Positions 50,644 through 59,941 are shown, counted from the first letter of the stretch. The stretch is DNA of 64,000 nt from an uncultured Christensenellaceae bacterium (GCA_944380295.1 CALWHE010000009.1:2213-66212), one strand, 5' to 3'. Translations and numbers: made by a program. Notes: generated by a model not told the origin, from the letters alone.

Positions 50644-52221
50644 TCAGCTGCCGCTCTTGCCGTAATTGGACAGCACGCGCGCCGAAGGATCGTCCACATC
50701 GCAGCCCTTCCAACTCCTGTTGGGCATCCAAAAACCGCTTATCATCTCCGCGCAGCCGGGATAATAGCGCTCGAATATCTCTCTATACATGAGCGATTCT
50801 TTGGTGAACGGCGGACAATGATAGGCGTATTTTTCGCGTTTTGCGGCAAATTCCCCGTCCGTATACCGTTTTTCCGCCTCTTCTTTGAGCAGGTCCACCA
50901 TGGAATGCCCCACCGCGTCGGAAAAGGCGGCTTTTTCCCGCCAAAGAATGCTCTCCGGCAAAAACTCCCCCTCAAACGCCTTTCTGAGCAGATATTTGCC
51001 CATGCCGTATTTGTTCATCTTCAATTGCGGATCTATGCTCATCACGTAGCGCACAAAGTCGAGGTCGCCGAAGGGCACGCGCGCTTCCAGGGAATTGGAG
51101 GATATGCACCTGTCCGCGCGCAACACGTCGAACATATGCAGCTCGCGCACCCGCTTTTCGCTCTCCTTTTGGAACTCTTCCGCGCTCGGCGCAAAATCCG
51201 TATACTTATAGCCGAACAGCTCGTCGGAGATCTCTCCCGTGAGCAGCACGCGCACATCGCTTATCCTGCGTATCTCGCGGCAGAGGATATACATGCCCAA
51301 GCTCGCCCTGATCGTGGTTATGTCAAACGTGCCCAGGCAATATATCACCTCTTCCAGCGCCGCCAGCACGTCGAAAAAGGTCATGTATATCTCCGTGTGT
51401 TCGCTGCCGATATATTCCGCCGCCTCTCTTGCGTATTTCAGATCGATGGCGTCTTTGCGCATGCCCACGGCAAAGGTGCGTATCTTCCCAAGCTTTTTGG
51501 CGGCGATGGAACACACCAGTGAAGAATCGAGCCCGCCGCTGAGCAAAAAGCCCACGGGCGCGTCCGCGTCCAGGCGTTTTTCCACCCCTGCTATCAATTT
51601 TTTGCGGATGTTGCCGCAGATCTCGTCCAAATCGCCGCGCACTTTTTCCCCGGTCTTTGTGATGTCGCAATAGCGGACAAACTCCCCGCCCTTCCAATAA
51701 CATCCGGGCGGAAAAGGCTCCACATTGCGGCAAAGCGCGGTGAGATTGCGCGCTTCGCTGGCAAAGCAGACCACCCCGTCCGCGCTCTTCCCCCAATAGA
51801 GCGGACGAATACCTATCGGATCGCGCGCGGCTATCCATTCCCCGCGCTCCCCGTCGTAAATGACCATGGCAAACTCCGCGTCCAGCATACCGAACATATC
51901 CGTGCCGTATTCGGCGTAAAGGGGCAGGATCAGTTCGCAGTCGCTGCCTGAGATAAAAGAATACCCCTTTTCTTCCAACTGCTTTTTCAGCTCGCGGAAT
52001 CCATAGAGCTCGCCGTTGCACACCGCCGCCGAACGCCCGCGCCTGAACGGCTGCATGCCCCGCTCGTCCAACCCCATAATGGACAAACGATGAAACCCCA
52101 TGAGCCCGCCGCCCACACGTTCTGTCCGCGACATGTCGGGACCTCTGTCGAACGTCCGGGCAAACCCCTCTTCAAACGCCTGCCCGTCCACTTTGCCGCA
52201 GCAACATATTATACCGCACAT
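50644..52221 (-). CDS. asnB: Asparagine synthase (glutamine-hydrolysing)
   Basis: 525 aa. Has the MCGI N-terminal nucleophile and the SGGLDSS PP-loop. Confidence 0.9.
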   Translation of the reverse strand: MCGIICCCGKVDGQAFEEGFARTFDRGPDMSRTERVGGGLMGFHRLSIMGLDERGMQPFRRGRSAAVCNGELYGFRELKKQLEEKGYSFISGSDCELILPLYAEYGTDMFGMLDAEFAMVIYDGERGEWIAARDPIGIRPLYWGKSADGVVCFASEARNLTALCRNVEPFPPGCYWKGGEFVRYCDITKTGEKVRGDLDEICGNIRKKLIAGVEKRLDADAPVGFLLSGGLDSSLVCSIAAKKLGKIRTFAVGMRKDAIDLKYAREAAEYIGSEHTEIYMTFFDVLAALEEVIYCLGTFDITTIRASLGMYILCREIRRISDVRVLLTGEISDELFGYKYTDFAPSAEEFQKESEKRVRELHMFDVLRADRCISSNSLEARVPFGDLDFVRYVMSIDPQLKMNKYGMGKYLLRKAFEGEFLPESILWREKAAFSDAVGHSMVDLLKEEAEKRYTDGEFAAKREKYAYHCPPFTKESLMYREIFERYYPGCAEMISGFWMPNRSWKGCDVDDPSARVLSNYGKSGS

Positions 52222-52234
52222 ATTCCCTCCGTAA

Positions 52235-52302
52235 TAAAAAAAGCCGCCCTTCTTTCAAAGAGCGGCTTTCGCCTTTTCTTTTATGCGCCTGCGCCATTGC
52301 AG
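52235..52302 (-). promoter_or_regulatory. asnB leader with a CUGC-AAUGGC-GCAG hairpin and an intrinsic terminator just upstream of the RBS
   Basis: Terminator AGCCGCUCUU-UGAAAG-AAGGGCGGCU plus U7 at 52235-52267. Hexaloop hairpin at 52289-52302. Confidence 0.5.
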
Positions 52303-52325
52303 TTACATTTTCCTTTAATGCAGAA

Positions 52326-52354
52326 ATTATATATCTTCCGCCAACGGCTGTCAA
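52326..52354 (-). promoter_or_regulatory. Sigma-70-type promoter of asnB
   Basis: TTGACA, 17 nt, TATAAT. The -35 lies inside a 28-bp palindrome. Confidence 0.6.
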
Positions 52355-52598
52355 CTGTTTTTGACAGCCGTCGCACATTTTCCGCGCCCGAAAAACAATT
52401 ATTGCAACGGCAAAATTTTATTTGACATTATGTTTTTCAGCGGTTCGGCTGCCGAAAGACGATCAGCCTTTCAGCGAACGGACTGTTTTGCATAACTAGC
52501 AGATTTCTTGCGTTTCCGTTCGCGTGCAGCTCGGATATGTCCCCGACATATCCGAGTTTCGAAGACCTCTCTCTCCGACAAGCATAAGACGATGATAC

Positions 52599-52629
52599 AA
52601 AAAAAGACAACCCTATATTTAAGGTTGTC
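52599..52629 (-). terminator. Intrinsic terminator (minus strand) at the centre of an inverted repeat
   Basis: GACAACC-TTAAATATAG-GGTTGTC followed by TTTTTTT on the minus strand. Confidence 0.5.
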
Positions 52630-52741
52630 TTATGCTTGGCGGAGAGGGGGATTCGCCTTACAGCGAACGGAGAGATTTTCATAACAAGCAGATACCATAC
52701 GTTTCCGTTCGCGTGCAGCTCGTGTTATGCGCTCGCGCATA

Positions 52742-53230
52742 TCACGGGAGTGCACTTCCTCCGCCTCCGCCATAGCAAAAAAGGACCGCTATGCGACCCT
52801 TTTTGCTATGGCGGGACGGGTCACTTCGCGTTTGAACTCCCTTTACAGTTTCGAGAGCGGTTATTGTGTCTTCGAAGGTTATCTCTTCGATTTCCTTGCC
52901 GCCTTTTATATTGGAGTAAATATAAGTGTTATCATCGCTTACAAATACTTTGTAAACAAGATGGTCTATTAGCCTGCGTCTGAATTCTAAATCGTTCACA
53001 TCGCCTTGCAGTATCATATTTATGAACGCAACGATGTCTTTTTCGGTCAGCTTTTGCCCACGTCCAAGAATCAGCCGGGCTTTTAATTTTTCGAAGTCGC
53101 TCAGCAGTATTTCACATTCTTGCATTCGTTTCTCAATACGCTGTTTCAAAAGAGGACTCTTTGCCTTGATAAAAGCATTGGCTGCTTCATCGACTTCTTC
53201 CTGTATATCAGATAATTCATTAACCTGATA
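52742..53230 (-). pseudogene. 5'-truncated large serine recombinase gene (C-terminal coiled-coil part only)
   Basis: The open frame lacks any catalytic N-terminal domain. ELSDIQEEVDEAANAFIKAK..RIEKRMQECEILLSDFEKLK..FRRRLIDHLVYKVFV resembles recombinase C-termini. GC is lower than the flanks. Confidence 0.5.
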
Positions 53231-53376
53231 TTGACAGTTAAAAACATGTGTGATAAAATAATAAAAAGTAAATGTGTAAAAATCTATAATTTTAGGTTAT
53301 TATCAAAATAGTGAATTTTGATAATATACATTGACTTTGATGGCTATATTGCAAAACTACGATATTGGAGAAAAAT

Positions 53377-53736
53377 ATGGATATTCAAATAATTATTCGA
53401 TGGGCTTTCGGAATTTTCGTTGCAGGGATTTTGTTTATCGGAGGATTTATCCTACTCTTTGCGAAAATCAAAATAAATTATTCAATAGGGTATGTCAGTA
53501 AATTGTCTGTAAAAAATGAATTTAACTGGAAATATGCGAATAGAGTTTTTGCATTATTATTACTTATTGTTGGATTAATTATTGCGATTGAGACAATTAT
53601 TATAAATTTGTTGAAATTGGATATAAAAATTTTTATGCCCGTTGTTATATGCAGTTTATTTTTAGGATTAGTATTATGTGCTTGGTTGCCTAATTTTTGT
53701 TTAAAAAAATATTTAAGCAAAAACAGCAAAGAATGA
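53377..53736 (+). CDS. Small polytopic membrane protein (SdpI/immunity-protein-like), in an AT-rich island
   Basis: 119 aa from the ATG with a GGAG RBS. Four hydrophobic segments. Very AT-rich codon usage, unlike the rest of the window. Confidence 0.55.
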   Translation: MDIQIIIRWAFGIFVAGILFIGGFILLFAKIKINYSIGYVSKLSVKNEFNWKYANRVFALLLLIVGLIIAIETIIINLLKLDIKIFMPVVICSLFLGLVLCAWLPNFCLKKYLSKNSKE

Positions 53737-54013
53737 GGGGGAAATGGGCTTTGATATAAAAGGAGATGTAATATCTGGTAGTAAAATATACGTCAGTTCT
53801 CCGATAAAGACAGAGTTATCTGCTCCAATAATGGATACAAACAAAATAGACGGCAAAAAGCCGTCTTATTTTGTGTAAAAGCCATGTTGATCTCGTTTCT
53901 GAGTTAAATAAAAATCAGACCACTTAGGGACATAAACTACGGTATTGAATATTATGACGCTAACACCTTTGATACAAAAATAACAGAGCCGCGGGTTCAA
54001 ACGCGACTCTGTT

Positions 54014-54104
54014 TGGCGGAGAGAGAGGGATTCGAACCCTCGGTACGCTTTTAACGTACACACGATTTCCAATCGTGCTCTTTCGGCCTCTCAGACATCT
54101 CTCC
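54014..54104 (-). tRNA. tRNA-Ser (anticodon GGA), CCA encoded
   Basis: Cloverleaf read by hand: acceptor GGAGAGA/UCUCUCC, anticodon arm CACGA-UUGGAAA-UCGUG, long variable arm GUACG..CGUAC, T arm GAGGG-UUCGAAU-CCCUC. Confidence 0.85.
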
Positions 54105-54411
54105 AAAGCCGGCGCATATAGAATAATAGCATATCGCAAAAAAATAAACAAGCAATTTGACGCGGTGATAAAATTTTGTTAGTGCGCAGGCGCGGCGCCG
54201 TCCTGCAAGAGCGGGCGACGGGCAAGTTGGGCGCAAAAACCTTGGCGGCAAAGCGCTTGTCATCCGCGCCCTACAACGAACGCCTGCCGATATGATCGAA
54301 AGCGGCGCCCGCGGTGTTTTTTGCCGCAAGCAAAATTTTCCCGCTCAAAAGCAAGCCGCCCGCTGCCCGTCTGACGATCGGCTGCGTTTGGAATTGACTT
54401 TCTCCCTCTTG

Positions 54412-54783
54412 TCAAACGGTTCCGGCTGCCATGCGGAAGGCATAATACGCCAAGTTGCACGCCAGCGTGACGGCTGCCAAGGCGACGAACGGCTTTTGCT
54501 TCCAGAGGTCGGGAATTATCAGCGCCGCGAGCAGCGTGCCGACGGGGACGGCAAAGGCGTTGGACGCGATATAGCCGGCGAGGTCGCCGCGGTAAAGGGC
54601 GAGCACGGCGCCGCTCATGCCGCAGGTGGGGCATGAGATACCCGTGAGCAATTTGAAAAGGCAGGTGATCCCGCTCAGTTGCCTGAAAAGCAGGAAACAA
54701 AACGCCGTGGCGAGCAACGCGCACGCCCGCAGGCAGACCTGCGCCAGAAAAGCGCGCCGTTTGAGAGTGCGGAGCGTTCCCAT
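54412..54783 (-). CDS. DUF2752-domain membrane protein
   Basis: Start at MGTLRT overlaps the TM2 gene stop (TGATG). Has the CPTCGMSGA motif. Confidence 0.7.
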   Translation of the reverse strand: MGTLRTLKRRAFLAQVCLRACALLATAFCFLLFRQLSGITCLFKLLTGISCPTCGMSGAVLALYRGDLAGYIASNAFAVPVGTLLAALIIPDLWKQKPFVALAAVTLACNLAYYAFRMAAGTV

Positions 54784-55121
54784 CAACGCAGCCGCATCAT
54801 GATCTCGGCAAAATTTTTCTCGCGGGCGCGCTTGCCGACGAGGAAAATGTCGATGAACCACATGATGCCGCACACGCCCGCCGTGAGCAATTTGAGCACG
54901 CCCAAGCCGATGTCGCCGAGCAAAAACCTGTCTATGCCCAAACCGCCGGCAAACACGGAAACGAGCGTGACGACGAGCGGATCCTTGGTGGGTATTGCCG
55001 CCACGATGCCGTATTTCTCGTCGGGAGCGTTGATGAGCGCCTGTTGCAATTCATAAACGCGCTCCTGCGGAATGTTCCTGCCGAGCGCAAACATGAGAGA
55101 ATCGACTTTTTGCTGTTGCAT
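54783..55121 (-). CDS. TM2-domain protein
   Basis: 112 aa. Has GGLGIDRFLLGD and a GVLKLLT..GIMWFID pattern. Confidence 0.8.
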   Translation of the reverse strand: MQQQKVDSLMFALGRNIPQERVYELQQALINAPDEKYGIVAAIPTKDPLVVTLVSVFAGGLGIDRFLLGDIGLGVLKLLTAGVCGIMWFIDIFLVGKRAREKNFAEIMMRLR

Positions 55122-55170
55122 AACAGTCCCCCTTGAAATAAAAATTTGTCAAGCCTGTCTTAACGATTTT

Positions 55171-55199
55171 ATTATATGTCACGGCGGACAAAAAGTCAA
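55171..55199 (-). promoter_or_regulatory. Sigma-70-type promoter of the TM2/DUF2752 pair
   Basis: TTGACT, 17 nt, TATAAT. Confidence 0.55.
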
Positions 55200-55229
55200 T
55201 ACCGCTTTTGTGCAAAACGCAAAGACTGT

Positions 55230-56198
55230 TCATTCCCGCGCTTTACCGGCGGCTTTTCTGCTCTCTTCAAAAAACGCCGTTGCCGCCGCGCAGGCGCGGC
55301 GCCCGTCCGGCAGGTCGGGATATGCGATGTCGTAAACGTGGCAGAGCTTGTTTTGTTCGGTCTTTTTGTCCGTCCAGTCAAAGACGAATTTTTCACACCT
55401 GCCCTCCGCCTGCATTTGTCCGAGCAGCCGCGATAAAAATCTGCTGTGGCGCACATAAACGTCGCGCTCGCACCCGATGATCATCACATAGGGCAGTCTG
55501 ACGGCGGCACAATATTGCGAAAACGCGGCGTGATCGAACAATTTGTTGCTCTTAGGGTCGGCGCCGAACATCAATTTGTCGCACATGTTCTGAAAAGCGC
55601 GCATGCCGCGCAGCGGTTCGTCTTTTTTATTGCGCAAAATCGAGTGCACCTCGCACACGGGGTGGCTCATGACAAGGCAGGAAAATTCAAGCGCGGGCGG
55701 CGTGACTTCATAAAGCCGCGCCAGGGCGGGATCGAGGCAGACGCAGAGCGCCAAAGAAGACAGGTGTCCGCCGGCGGAATCGCCCGTGAGCATGACGGCG
55801 GAAGTATCCGCGCCCCACTCCGCGGCGCGGTCGGCGATATATCCCAAGGCGGCAAAAACGTCCTCGACCTGCTCTTTGAGCGTGACTTCCGGCAACAGCC
55901 GATAACTCATGCCCGCCACGCAATAACCGCGCCGGGCAAGGTGCATGCAATAATTTTTGTTTAGTTCCTTGTCTCCGTATATCCAGGCGCCGCCGTGCAC
56001 GTCCACGATCAGCGGCAGCACGCCTTTTGCGTTTTTAGGGCGGTATACGTTGAGCTTGTGCATTTCGTGCCCGTCCTGCACATAAGAAAATTCTTCCACG
56101 TCAACGTCCTGCGGCAGCACTTCTTTTGCCTTGCGAACGGCGTCATGTTTTGTCATGCTTTTTGCCATGGAGTGCGCCACGTATGTTCCGAAGCTCAT
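55230..56198 (-). CDS. Alpha/beta hydrolase (esterase/lipase fold-3 type)
   Basis: Start at MSFGTY. Has the HGGAW oxyanion motif and the GDSAGG nucleophile elbow. Confidence 0.8.
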   Translation of the reverse strand: MSFGTYVAHSMAKSMTKHDAVRKAKEVLPQDVDVEEFSYVQDGHEMHKLNVYRPKNAKGVLPLIVDVHGGAWIYGDKELNKNYCMHLARRGYCVAGMSYRLLPEVTLKEQVEDVFAALGYIADRAAEWGADTSAVMLTGDSAGGHLSSLALCVCLDPALARLYEVTPPALEFSCLVMSHPVCEVHSILRNKKDEPLRGMRAFQNMCDKLMFGADPKSNKLFDHAAFSQYCAAVRLPYVMIIGCERDVYVRHSRFLSRLLGQMQAEGRCEKFVFDWTDKKTEQNKLCHVYDIAYPDLPDGRRACAAATAFFEESRKAAGKARE

Positions 56199-56200
56199 AT

Positions 56201-57016
56201 TCACCTCACCTGCGACGGATACGCCCAAAAGGTGAGCGTTCCGAATTTTTCGTCCTTTACCTTGTAAATATTCACCTGTTCGGGCGTGCCCTTTATGCCC
56301 ACCAGTTTGCACTCGCCCGCGCCCGCCGTGCGCAGCGCTTTGATGAACGCGTCGATATATCCCGCGTCCAGCGGCGCGCGGTGATGGGATATCCACAGGC
56401 GTTTAACGCCCTGTAAGCGCGGCTTCAAGCTCTCCCACACCTCGGCATACTCCTTCAAGTTCGTCTGCGGCGAGGTGAACGCCCAAAACGCACCGTTTAT
56501 CGCGTCGCCGGCAAATAAAGAGGCGGTGTTTTCGTCCAAAAACAGGCAGCTGCCCGGCGTGTGCCCGGGGCAGGGAAGCACCTTCACGCTCCTGCCGCCC
56601 AGCTCGACGACGTCTTCGAGCGGCAGATATTTTTCCTGCCCCGGCCGCATCAGCCCCAATTTGAGGATCTTGCCGATGAGCGCCTTGGGAATGCGTGAGT
56701 TGTGCAGATAATAGTCCGCCACGCCGCGCGCCAGATCGTTGGACGGCATGCCGCGTTCGGGCAGATCTGCCTCCCCCACGAACACGCTTTCAAACAAAAA
56801 ATTTCCGTTGCTGTGATCGGGGTGCAAGTGTGAGTTTGCCGCGATGAGCGGCAGAGAAGTGAGCTTTTTCAGCTTTTTGTCCAAACCGCCCTTGCCGTAA
56901 CCGGTATCTATGAGCAGCGCCTTTTGCTCTCCGACCAGCAAAAACTGATTCACGCCCATGGGCGTGTATGTGAGCATAAACGTATCCTGTGCTATCTTTT
57001 TGATCTTGGTGCCCAT
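56201..57016 (-). CDS. MBL-fold metallo-hydrolase
   Basis: 271 aa with HLHPDHSNG (HxHxDH). Confidence 0.85.
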   Translation of the reverse strand: MGTKIKKIAQDTFMLTYTPMGVNQFLLVGEQKALLIDTGYGKGGLDKKLKKLTSLPLIAANSHLHPDHSNGNFLFESVFVGEADLPERGMPSNDLARGVADYYLHNSRIPKALIGKILKLGLMRPGQEKYLPLEDVVELGGRSVKVLPCPGHTPGSCLFLDENTASLFAGDAINGAFWAFTSPQTNLKEYAEVWESLKPRLQGVKRLWISHHRAPLDAGYIDAFIKALRTAGAGECKLVGIKGTPEQVNIYKVKDEKFGTLTFWAYPSQVR

Positions 57017-57206
57017 TTTTTTCCTTTTCTTTTATTTTACGCCCGTGCAAGCGCTTTGTCAATATCAAAAAAGCCGCCCCGGACGGGCGGTTTGCAGGAT
57101 ACTACTATACCGACGCTTGTTTTTGTGGACGGTTTTTATAAAAGACGAACGGATATGTTGTCGCTCCCTGTCCGTATCGTATTTCCCGCGCTCCTTAAAT
57201 GCTTTT

Positions 57207-57587
57207 CTATCGGCTTTTTTGGTTAATGATTTTTTTGACTTCCTTATCGAAATCGGAAGTTATTTGTTGCGTTTTATTGAAGATATCATACTCGTGTGTC
57301 GCCTTGCACTCTGCATCGAGCTTTGAAACGGTGCCCTTGCCCTGCAAAATTTTATGTCGCGTCCCTTCCGATCGAACTACCGAGAAATCCTAGGTAGTTG
57401 AAATTTCCGACAATTCTCCATCCGCATATATGTTTTTTAAATGAAGAGAAATATTGTCTGCGGAACAGCCGAACAATTCCGCCATGCCACGTTGCGTGAC
57501 CCAAATGGTTTCATCCTTGATGGCAACTTTGACCTTTATATCCTCTTGGTCGATGCCGTATAAAACAAATTGAAGTTCGTTCGGCAT
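57207..57587 (-). pseudogene. RhuM-family gene remnant with a large internal deletion
   Basis: The N-terminal 65 codons (VKVAIKDETIWVTQRGMAELFG..ISLHLKNIYADGEL) end in a stop. A downstream frame keeps a C-terminal-like piece (HEYDIFNKTQQITSDFDKEVKKI). Confidence 0.5.
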
Positions 57588-57721
57588 TATCTTTCCTCCG
57601 TAATTTGCATAATGTCCGCGATATCAATTTGATTATACCATACATCTGCTGCAGAAGCAAAAAACTTTGCAAATGACAAAAAATTTATCATCACACGGCA
57701 ACGAAAACAACTCGGAAAACC

Positions 57722-57750
57722 AAACCGAAAGCCGCCCCGGACGGGCGGCT
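57722..57750 (-). terminator. Intrinsic terminator after trpA
   Basis: GCCGCCC-GTCC-GGGGCGGC followed by a U-rich tract on the minus strand. Confidence 0.55.
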
Positions 57751-57765
57751 CTTCCTGCTTTTCAC

Positions 57766-58461
57766 TCAAAGCGCGGCGATCATGTCCGCCATGTATTTTT
57801 CCAGGGCGCCTTCCGCGTGCGCGCCGAGCGCCGCCGTGATGCCCGCCACGCCGCTGCCCGTGCAGACGCCGTCCGCGTCTGCCGCCGCAAGCGCCGCCTC
57901 CCGCGCGTTCTGCGCCGTTAAGACCACGGGCGCCTTGGCAAAACGCCTTGCCTCACGTGCCGCCCGCGCGCTTTCCGCAAACAGATATCCGCGCGCGCTC
58001 AACGCTATCCCGCGCAGCCGCTCCCCGTCCGCGGAAGCGGCGTGCATGATGATATCCACGCCGTTTTCACGCGCGTAAGGTTGCACCTCTTCCCGCTCTT
58101 CAAAGGGCAGATCGGGCACGTCCAGCGCGCACACGCCCAACTGCGCGCAGCGGCGGAAAAACTTCTGATACCCGTAGCGCAAAACGGGATTGAGATAACT
58201 GCGCAAAATAACGGGCACGTCGCTGTTTTTCCGCACCTGCTCCAAGATTTCAAAGGTTTTTTCCACGCTCATGCCGCCCTTCAAAGCGCGCACGAAAGAC
58301 TCCTGTATCTCCTCTCCCTCCGCGGTGGGATCGGAAAAAGGCACGGCAAGTTCCATGACGCTTGCGCCGCCCTTTTCCAACGCGGCGATATATGGGGCGG
58401 TGCTTGCCGCGTCCGGGTCTCCCGCCGTGATAAAAGCAATGGTAAAAGGCTTTTTATTCAT
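57766..58461 (-). CDS. trpA: Tryptophan synthase alpha chain
   Basis: 231 aa. Has [13 protein letters not shown] and overlaps trpB by 8 nt. Confidence 0.85.
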   Translation of the reverse strand: MNKKPFTIAFITAGDPDAASTAPYIAALEKGGASVMELAVPFSDPTAEGEEIQESFVRALKGGMSVEKTFEILEQVRKNSDVPVILRSYLNPVLRYGYQKFFRRCAQLGVCALDVPDLPFEEREEVQPYARENGVDIIMHAASADGERLRGIALSARGYLFAESARAAREARRFAKAPVVLTAQNAREAALAAADADGVCTGSGVAGITAALGAHAEGALEKYMADMIAAL

Positions 58462-59635
58462 ACAATTCCTCTCCTTTATAACGCGCGATCGCCGCCACGT
58501 CTTTATCTCCTCTGCCCGAAAGGCATATCACCATGACGTCCTTTTTGTCCAATTCGGGCGCCAGCTTTAAGGCATGCGCCACGGCGTGAGCACTCTCTAT
58601 GGCGCAGATGACGCCCTCTTTACGCGCCAGATACTCGAACGCCGCCACCGCCTCGTCGTCCGTGACGGGCACATATTCCGCTCTGCCTATATCGTGCAGA
58701 TAGGCGTGTTCCGGTCCGATGCCCGGATAATCAAGCCCGGCGGAAATGGAATAAACGGGCGCTATCTGTCCGCTCTCGTCCTGGCAGAAATAAGACTTCA
58801 TGCCGTGAAAAACGCCGATGCTGCCGCGCGCCATGGTGGCGGCGTGATAAGGCGTATCCACCCCCTTGCCGGCGGCTTCGCAGCCGATGAGGCGCACGCC
58901 CTTGTCCGCGACAAAGGCGTGGAACATGCCGATGGAATTGCTGCCTCCGCCCACGCAGGCGAGCACGGCGGCGGGCAGTTTGCCCTCCCTCTTCAAGATC
59001 TCCGCGCGCGTTTCCCTGCCTATCACGCTCTGAAAATCGCGCACGATCAGGGGGAAGGGGTGCGGTCCCATCACCGAACCGAGCACGTAATGCGTGTTTT
59101 CCGTGTTGTCCGCCCACTCGCGCATGGTGGCGTTGACCGCGTCTTTGAGCGTCTGCGTGCCCGAGGTGACGGCATGCACTTTGGCGCCCAGCAGCTTCAT
59201 GCGGTAAACGTTGAGCGCCTGCCTGTCAGTGTCCACTTTGCCCATGAAGATCTCGCACTCCATGCCCAAAAGCGCCGCCACGGTGGCGGTGGCAACGCCG
59301 TGCTGCCCCGCGCCCGTTTCCGCGATAAGGCGGGTCTTGCCCATTCTCTTGGCAAGCAGCGCCTGTCCCAGGCAGTTGTTTATCTTGTGCGAACCGGTGT
59401 GGTTGAGATCTTCGCGTTTGAGATACACTTTAACGCCCAGATCGCGGCTCATGTTCTGCGCGTGGAACAAAAGCGAAGGTCTGCCCGCGTAATTTTGCAG
59501 CAAGCCGTCCAGCTCCGCGCAAAACGCGGGATCTGTTTTGCACTCTTCATAAGTGCGTTCCAAACGGATAAGTTCGTCCATCAACGCTTCGGGGATATAT
59601 TGTCCGCCGAATTTTCCGAATCTGCCTTTTTCCAT
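58454..59635 (-). CDS. trpB: Tryptophan synthase beta chain
   Basis: 393 aa. Has [22 protein letters not shown] and GGGSN motifs. Confidence 0.95.
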   Translation of the reverse strand: MEKGRFGKFGGQYIPEALMDELIRLERTYEECKTDPAFCAELDGLLQNYAGRPSLLFHAQNMSRDLGVKVYLKREDLNHTGSHKINNCLGQALLAKRMGKTRLIAETGAGQHGVATATVAALLGMECEIFMGKVDTDRQALNVYRMKLLGAKVHAVTSGTQTLKDAVNATMREWADNTENTHYVLGSVMGPHPFPLIVRDFQSVIGRETRAEILKREGKLPAAVLACVGGGSNSIGMFHAFVADKGVRLIGCEAAGKGVDTPYHAATMARGSIGVFHGMKSYFCQDESGQIAPVYSISAGLDYPGIGPEHAYLHDIGRAEYVPVTDDEAVAAFEYLARKEGVICAIESAHAVAHALKLAPELDKKDVMVICLSGRGDKDVAAIARYKGEELYE

Positions 59636-59639
59636 ATCT

Positions 59640-59935
59640 TCCTCCGCCCTGCGGGCAGTTTTTCTCCTGCGGCGGCAAACAAAAATCCGCCCTCGACCAT
59701 GTCAAGGACGGATAAAGTTCCGCGGTGCCACCTTGATTCGCACGATGTGCGCACTTTTCGGGATCTCTCCCCGCAGACTTACGCGCTGCCCACGTCGCGC
59801 CATACTCGGCAACAGCCTTTCCCTCGCGCCCTCCGCGGTCCATTTAACGGTTTGCGTTTTGCCCGACTCTCACCCCTCCGGACTCTCTGTGAATGCACCG
59901 CCGTTTTTATCTCCGCTTCAACGGTTTATCAAGTT
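59640..59935 (-). promoter_or_regulatory. T-box leader (probable Trp specificity) upstream of trpBA
   Basis: T-box sequence AAUCAAGGUGGCACCGCGG (complement of 59720-59741), followed by a terminator plus a U-run (59677-59711). Stem I has an AGAGAG element. A UGG-A triplet (AAAUGGAC) lies in a plausible specifier position. Confidence 0.7.
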
Positions 59936-59941
59936 AAGACA

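Noticed and set aside
52344-52371. Calling the asnB palindrome a bona fide GlnR/TnrA box.
   Set aside because: The half-site spacing is N8, not the canonical N7. It is kept only as an unassigned operator candidate.
53744-53878. A 44-codon ORF (MGFDIKGDVISGSKIYVSS...) with a GAGGGGG RBS after the AT-rich membrane-protein gene.
   Set aside because: It runs straight through a terminator hairpin and has no recognisable features. It is probably a truncated remnant of island cargo, so it is not listed as a gene.
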